DNA from: Tubiluchus corallicola
Lineage: Eukaryota; Animalia; Priapulida
Reading direction: 5' to 3'
NCBI GenBank assembly: GCA_030141605.1
Contig: JAQGDQ010000083.1
Coordinates: 372,001 to 436,000 of the forward strand
DNA: 64,000 bases
The notes beneath the pieces were generated by a model. That model was not told the origin of the DNA and ran no database searches. It saw only the letters and a list, made by a program, of their open reading frames with translations. This document shows, in pieces, positions 25,395-64,000 of this stretch; the stretch's first letter is position 1, and every line of letters begins with the position of its first letter. The translations under genes and the position numbers were made by a program.

Positions 25395-25992
25395 TGAGAA
25401 TAACAATAAACTACGTCTTAATGAGGATCAGTCCTCTGCTCCACTGAAGGTTTTCTGATTTGTGTGCTTCTGAATAAATTTTAGTTGAAAATATTTGGTC
25501 AATAGAGCTCCTTGGTTTATTTCTGACAGTAGGCCGCAGTGTTCTGTTGTGTATGTGTACATGTACTGTACTAAGCATTTCTCTGGCTGTAATATCTGCT
25601 ATTAAACAAAATATAAATACTGGAAATGTTTTTCTTATTTGAGCAGTTCTGGCATTTGAACAAAATTCATTGGACATGAGTAATTTATTAATTAAGATTT
25701 AGTCATTGTTGAGAAGTTGTAAGGCTTTTATTTTATTTCTTCTTTTTTCACTCTGACGAAGGGTTTGGTGACAAACACTTACAAACTGCAAGGAATCACC
25801 AAAATACAAAATCACGCGTAAAGATTTATAAAAACGCCAGTAGATGTCACCAGGTGCTGGTGTACAGTAAACTGTATTTCTCATAAGTTACTACCTTGTA
25901 AGGATTATAATTTGACTTTACATTACAATAATGCTTCAACGTAACTTTAATAAAAATGTTAATTGCTACACGTTAAATATGACATACGTGAA

Positions 25993-37352
<11,360 letters not shown>

Positions 37353-37785
37353 ATTATTACTTGTACATGTACTGCATTTCGATGTCCCGCTCCTTTGTGA
37401 TGCACCAACCAAACGTTAAACGTTGCAGTAGAGTAGATATTTGTCCACAGATCTAATTGCAATTTAAAAGTCTGTGATTGCAGATCAAGAAAATAGTATT
37501 ATTATTATTATTTTGAATAAACGAACAATATTTCTGCGCATAAAAGTTAGGTATGATTTATACTTTAATGATGTGAATTGTTATATTAATTATATATAAG
37601 AAATATTAATTTTAAGCCTGTTAAGGATGAGAGAGGAAACCAAATTCGGCAGCTACAAGATGCATACCGCTAACAATATTATGGTTTGAGCAGATCCAGA
37701 TTTAGCTTATCTTAGTTATTATCAAAAGAGACATTAAGACGAGAAAACTAGCCTCTTTGCAACATCCAGGTACATGTATATACAT

Positions 37786-38206
37786 TAGGGGTGAGCATCG
37801 AACGTTCGAGTTCGAACGTTTGAGTTCGAATTCGATTCGAACGAGTTTTTTCAATTCGAACTCGATTCGAATCCAAAACTATAGATTCGAATAATTCAGC
37901 ACTTCATTCATGCATGTTCTTTATCACTAAAACGATTGAAACATCATACAATTAGCGTGATTTAGCTGTGATTTCTGTGCACAATTTTTTACCAATTACT
38001 AGTCGTTTTATTGTAGCACAAAATCTAGTGACATGCATGATCTTTGTAAGACTAATTTTTACTGGTGGTATGAAAACTAGTTCGAAAATCTTTCAATCTC
38101 AATTCGAATTCGATTCGAACTCGAAACATTGAAGTTCGGTTTGATTCGCAAGTCACAAATTCAGTTCGATTCGAATTCGCTTTCTGGTAGAGAATGCTCA
38201 CCCCTA
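37786..38206. mobile_element. Non-autonomous hAT-type MITE
   Basis: Perfect 13-bp TIR TAGGGGTGAGCAT, perfect 8-bp TSD ATATACAT (37778-37785 and 38207-38214), and subterminal TTCGAA repeats. Confidence 0.93.
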
Positions 38207-39935
38207 ATATACATGTAAATCATAGTGATGTAATTATTTCAAATATGATATCAATGCAAAAGTTAATTCTAGAATACTACTGTGGAGTTTCATGACGATC
38301 CATTGCGAATTCACAGATCCTTAGGCTTTTTCTAAACGATCTTCCCCTAGCAACAAGCAAAACAACAACTACATGCAGGTGAGTAGCAAATGACATCGCC
38401 CCTCCATCAAAAACACGATGCAGGCTCATGCGCGTGCGTGCGTTGTCATTTATGCGGATGCGCATGCGTTTTCCATTGCGGAACAGCCAAAAAAATCCAA
38501 AGAAGTAGCTGAAAAAAGAATAACGCATACGCAGGCTGCATAAACGGGTGCATTGAAAACAATATAAACCAATTTTATCTATTCCACACACCCCAAACCG
38601 CATCCGCCTTCGCATGCTACATTAACGCGACTTTAGACTCCAAACTGGCGCGAATATTTAAAAAATTCACGGCCACTAAATTTGCGACACTAACATCCAG
38701 CTAACGGGTCTCGCCAACCGTGGGACAGATATGTAAACCCTCCACGACCAACGCACACACCGACGTGGATCCAACGTCTACGAATAACATATAACTATTG
38801 CCTACAGCCTGGGAAGAAGATGAGAAGCCCAGAATTCTGCATCGACTGAGGAATCGAACTTTCGTTACACCATTTTAAATTCAAGATCATTTTAGAAAAT
38901 AGTCCAAGACGCCACCAATTCACATTGGTTCATGAAACTCTACACGAATACGGTGTATTAGAAGGAATTCTGAATCGTTTGACAGAGTGGATCTTTGATT
39001 TTTTAATTAAATGGCATCTTGCTATAACGTTTAAACGAAATCTAAAACGTTTAATAATTTAATTCAATTAAAATGGCAATATTAAACCGTATTCTCTGAT
39101 AGATTTATCAGCCTTTAAAAATGATTATCACTAATCAAAGGTTTTTGTGGACTAGATGACCAATTGATCTTCCGCTGCCCTTTCTTCACAAGATGTTATT
39201 TCAAATTATTATTTGTGTTATACCTGTGCAAGATAAATAAAAGATTATGTTGTGTTATGTCACTTTACCTGACGTATTGTTCATATATCTTTCTTTTCCA
39301 ATTTGCTTAATATTGTAAATGAAGGACTCTCCTAAGACAGGTGATCCTGTCCACACTTAGGTAAAATATTTGCTTTTAGGTAAAATTCCTAAACTGTGTT
39401 TTTTACATTTTATTTGACGGCACTAGACTCGGTCTCATGTATTAAAGCTTCCTTGTTTATAGGCAATGCTGCTTTATATACCATAAAAGTAAATGTATCT
39501 CAATTCAAAAATAAATGGTATCGTGTAGACAGTTAGTTCCTTCTGCTATTTGAAAACTGGATGATATTCTTGTTATCAAAATGAGTGGCCTGAGACACAA
39601 CTAATAGGTCGATGATTAACCTACATTCCTTGATAACAATCTTACTAAAGACGAAGTGCGTTTGTACGTCAGATATCGTTTTTTGATGATATCTTCTAAC
39701 TCTACGTGTTTCACTATTTGCATAATGTAATAATTTATCAGCACTTTTGTAGATCTTCTCTTTATCTTGCTGAACTTTTACACTGCCTATAGCATAATTA
39801 CGTTGGTTGTGTGCTTGTTTTGTGGGTCTTAGGTACGGCTGCTTTTGCCCGATTGCCGGATTTCGCGTTTTATGTACGCGTTAACCGTTTTTCTAAAATT
39901 GGAAAGTGCAGTGATCTAATACTACGTGTGATAAA

Positions 39936-63971
<24,036 letters not shown>

Positions 63972-64000
63972 GTATTGTCAAAGAAACTTCTAAATATCCA

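Overview
AT-rich, intron-containing genomic DNA from an invertebrate animal (GT-AG introns, microsatellites, many MITEs and LINE remnants). It is not prokaryotic. I reconstructed six protein-coding genes by hand from splice sites and reading phase: a BCAR3/SH2D3C-like SH2 + RasGEF-like adaptor (+, 2362-8899); a flavin-containing monooxygenase (-, 11834-15016); a GT31 beta-1,3-galactosyltransferase (-, 21837-22907); mitochondrial ribosomal protein MRPS27 (-, 25993-37352); a secreted or surface multi-MAM-domain protein (+, 39936 to beyond the window end); and a galactose-3-O-sulfotransferase nested antisense in a MAM intron (-, 48649-50460). The most notable observations are: (i) a ~500-bp TSD-flanked, internally deleted RTE retroelement whose 5' end is a degenerate twister-ribozyme motif; (ii) several hammerhead-like cores; (iii) an FMO in which the conserved active-site Asn appears replaced by Val; (iv) the nested gene; (v) a 50-bp hairpin-forming minisatellite; and (vi) nested, foldback and deletion-derivative MITEs. 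Family assignments rest on recalled motifs, not database searches. I found no unambiguous new multi-gene system.
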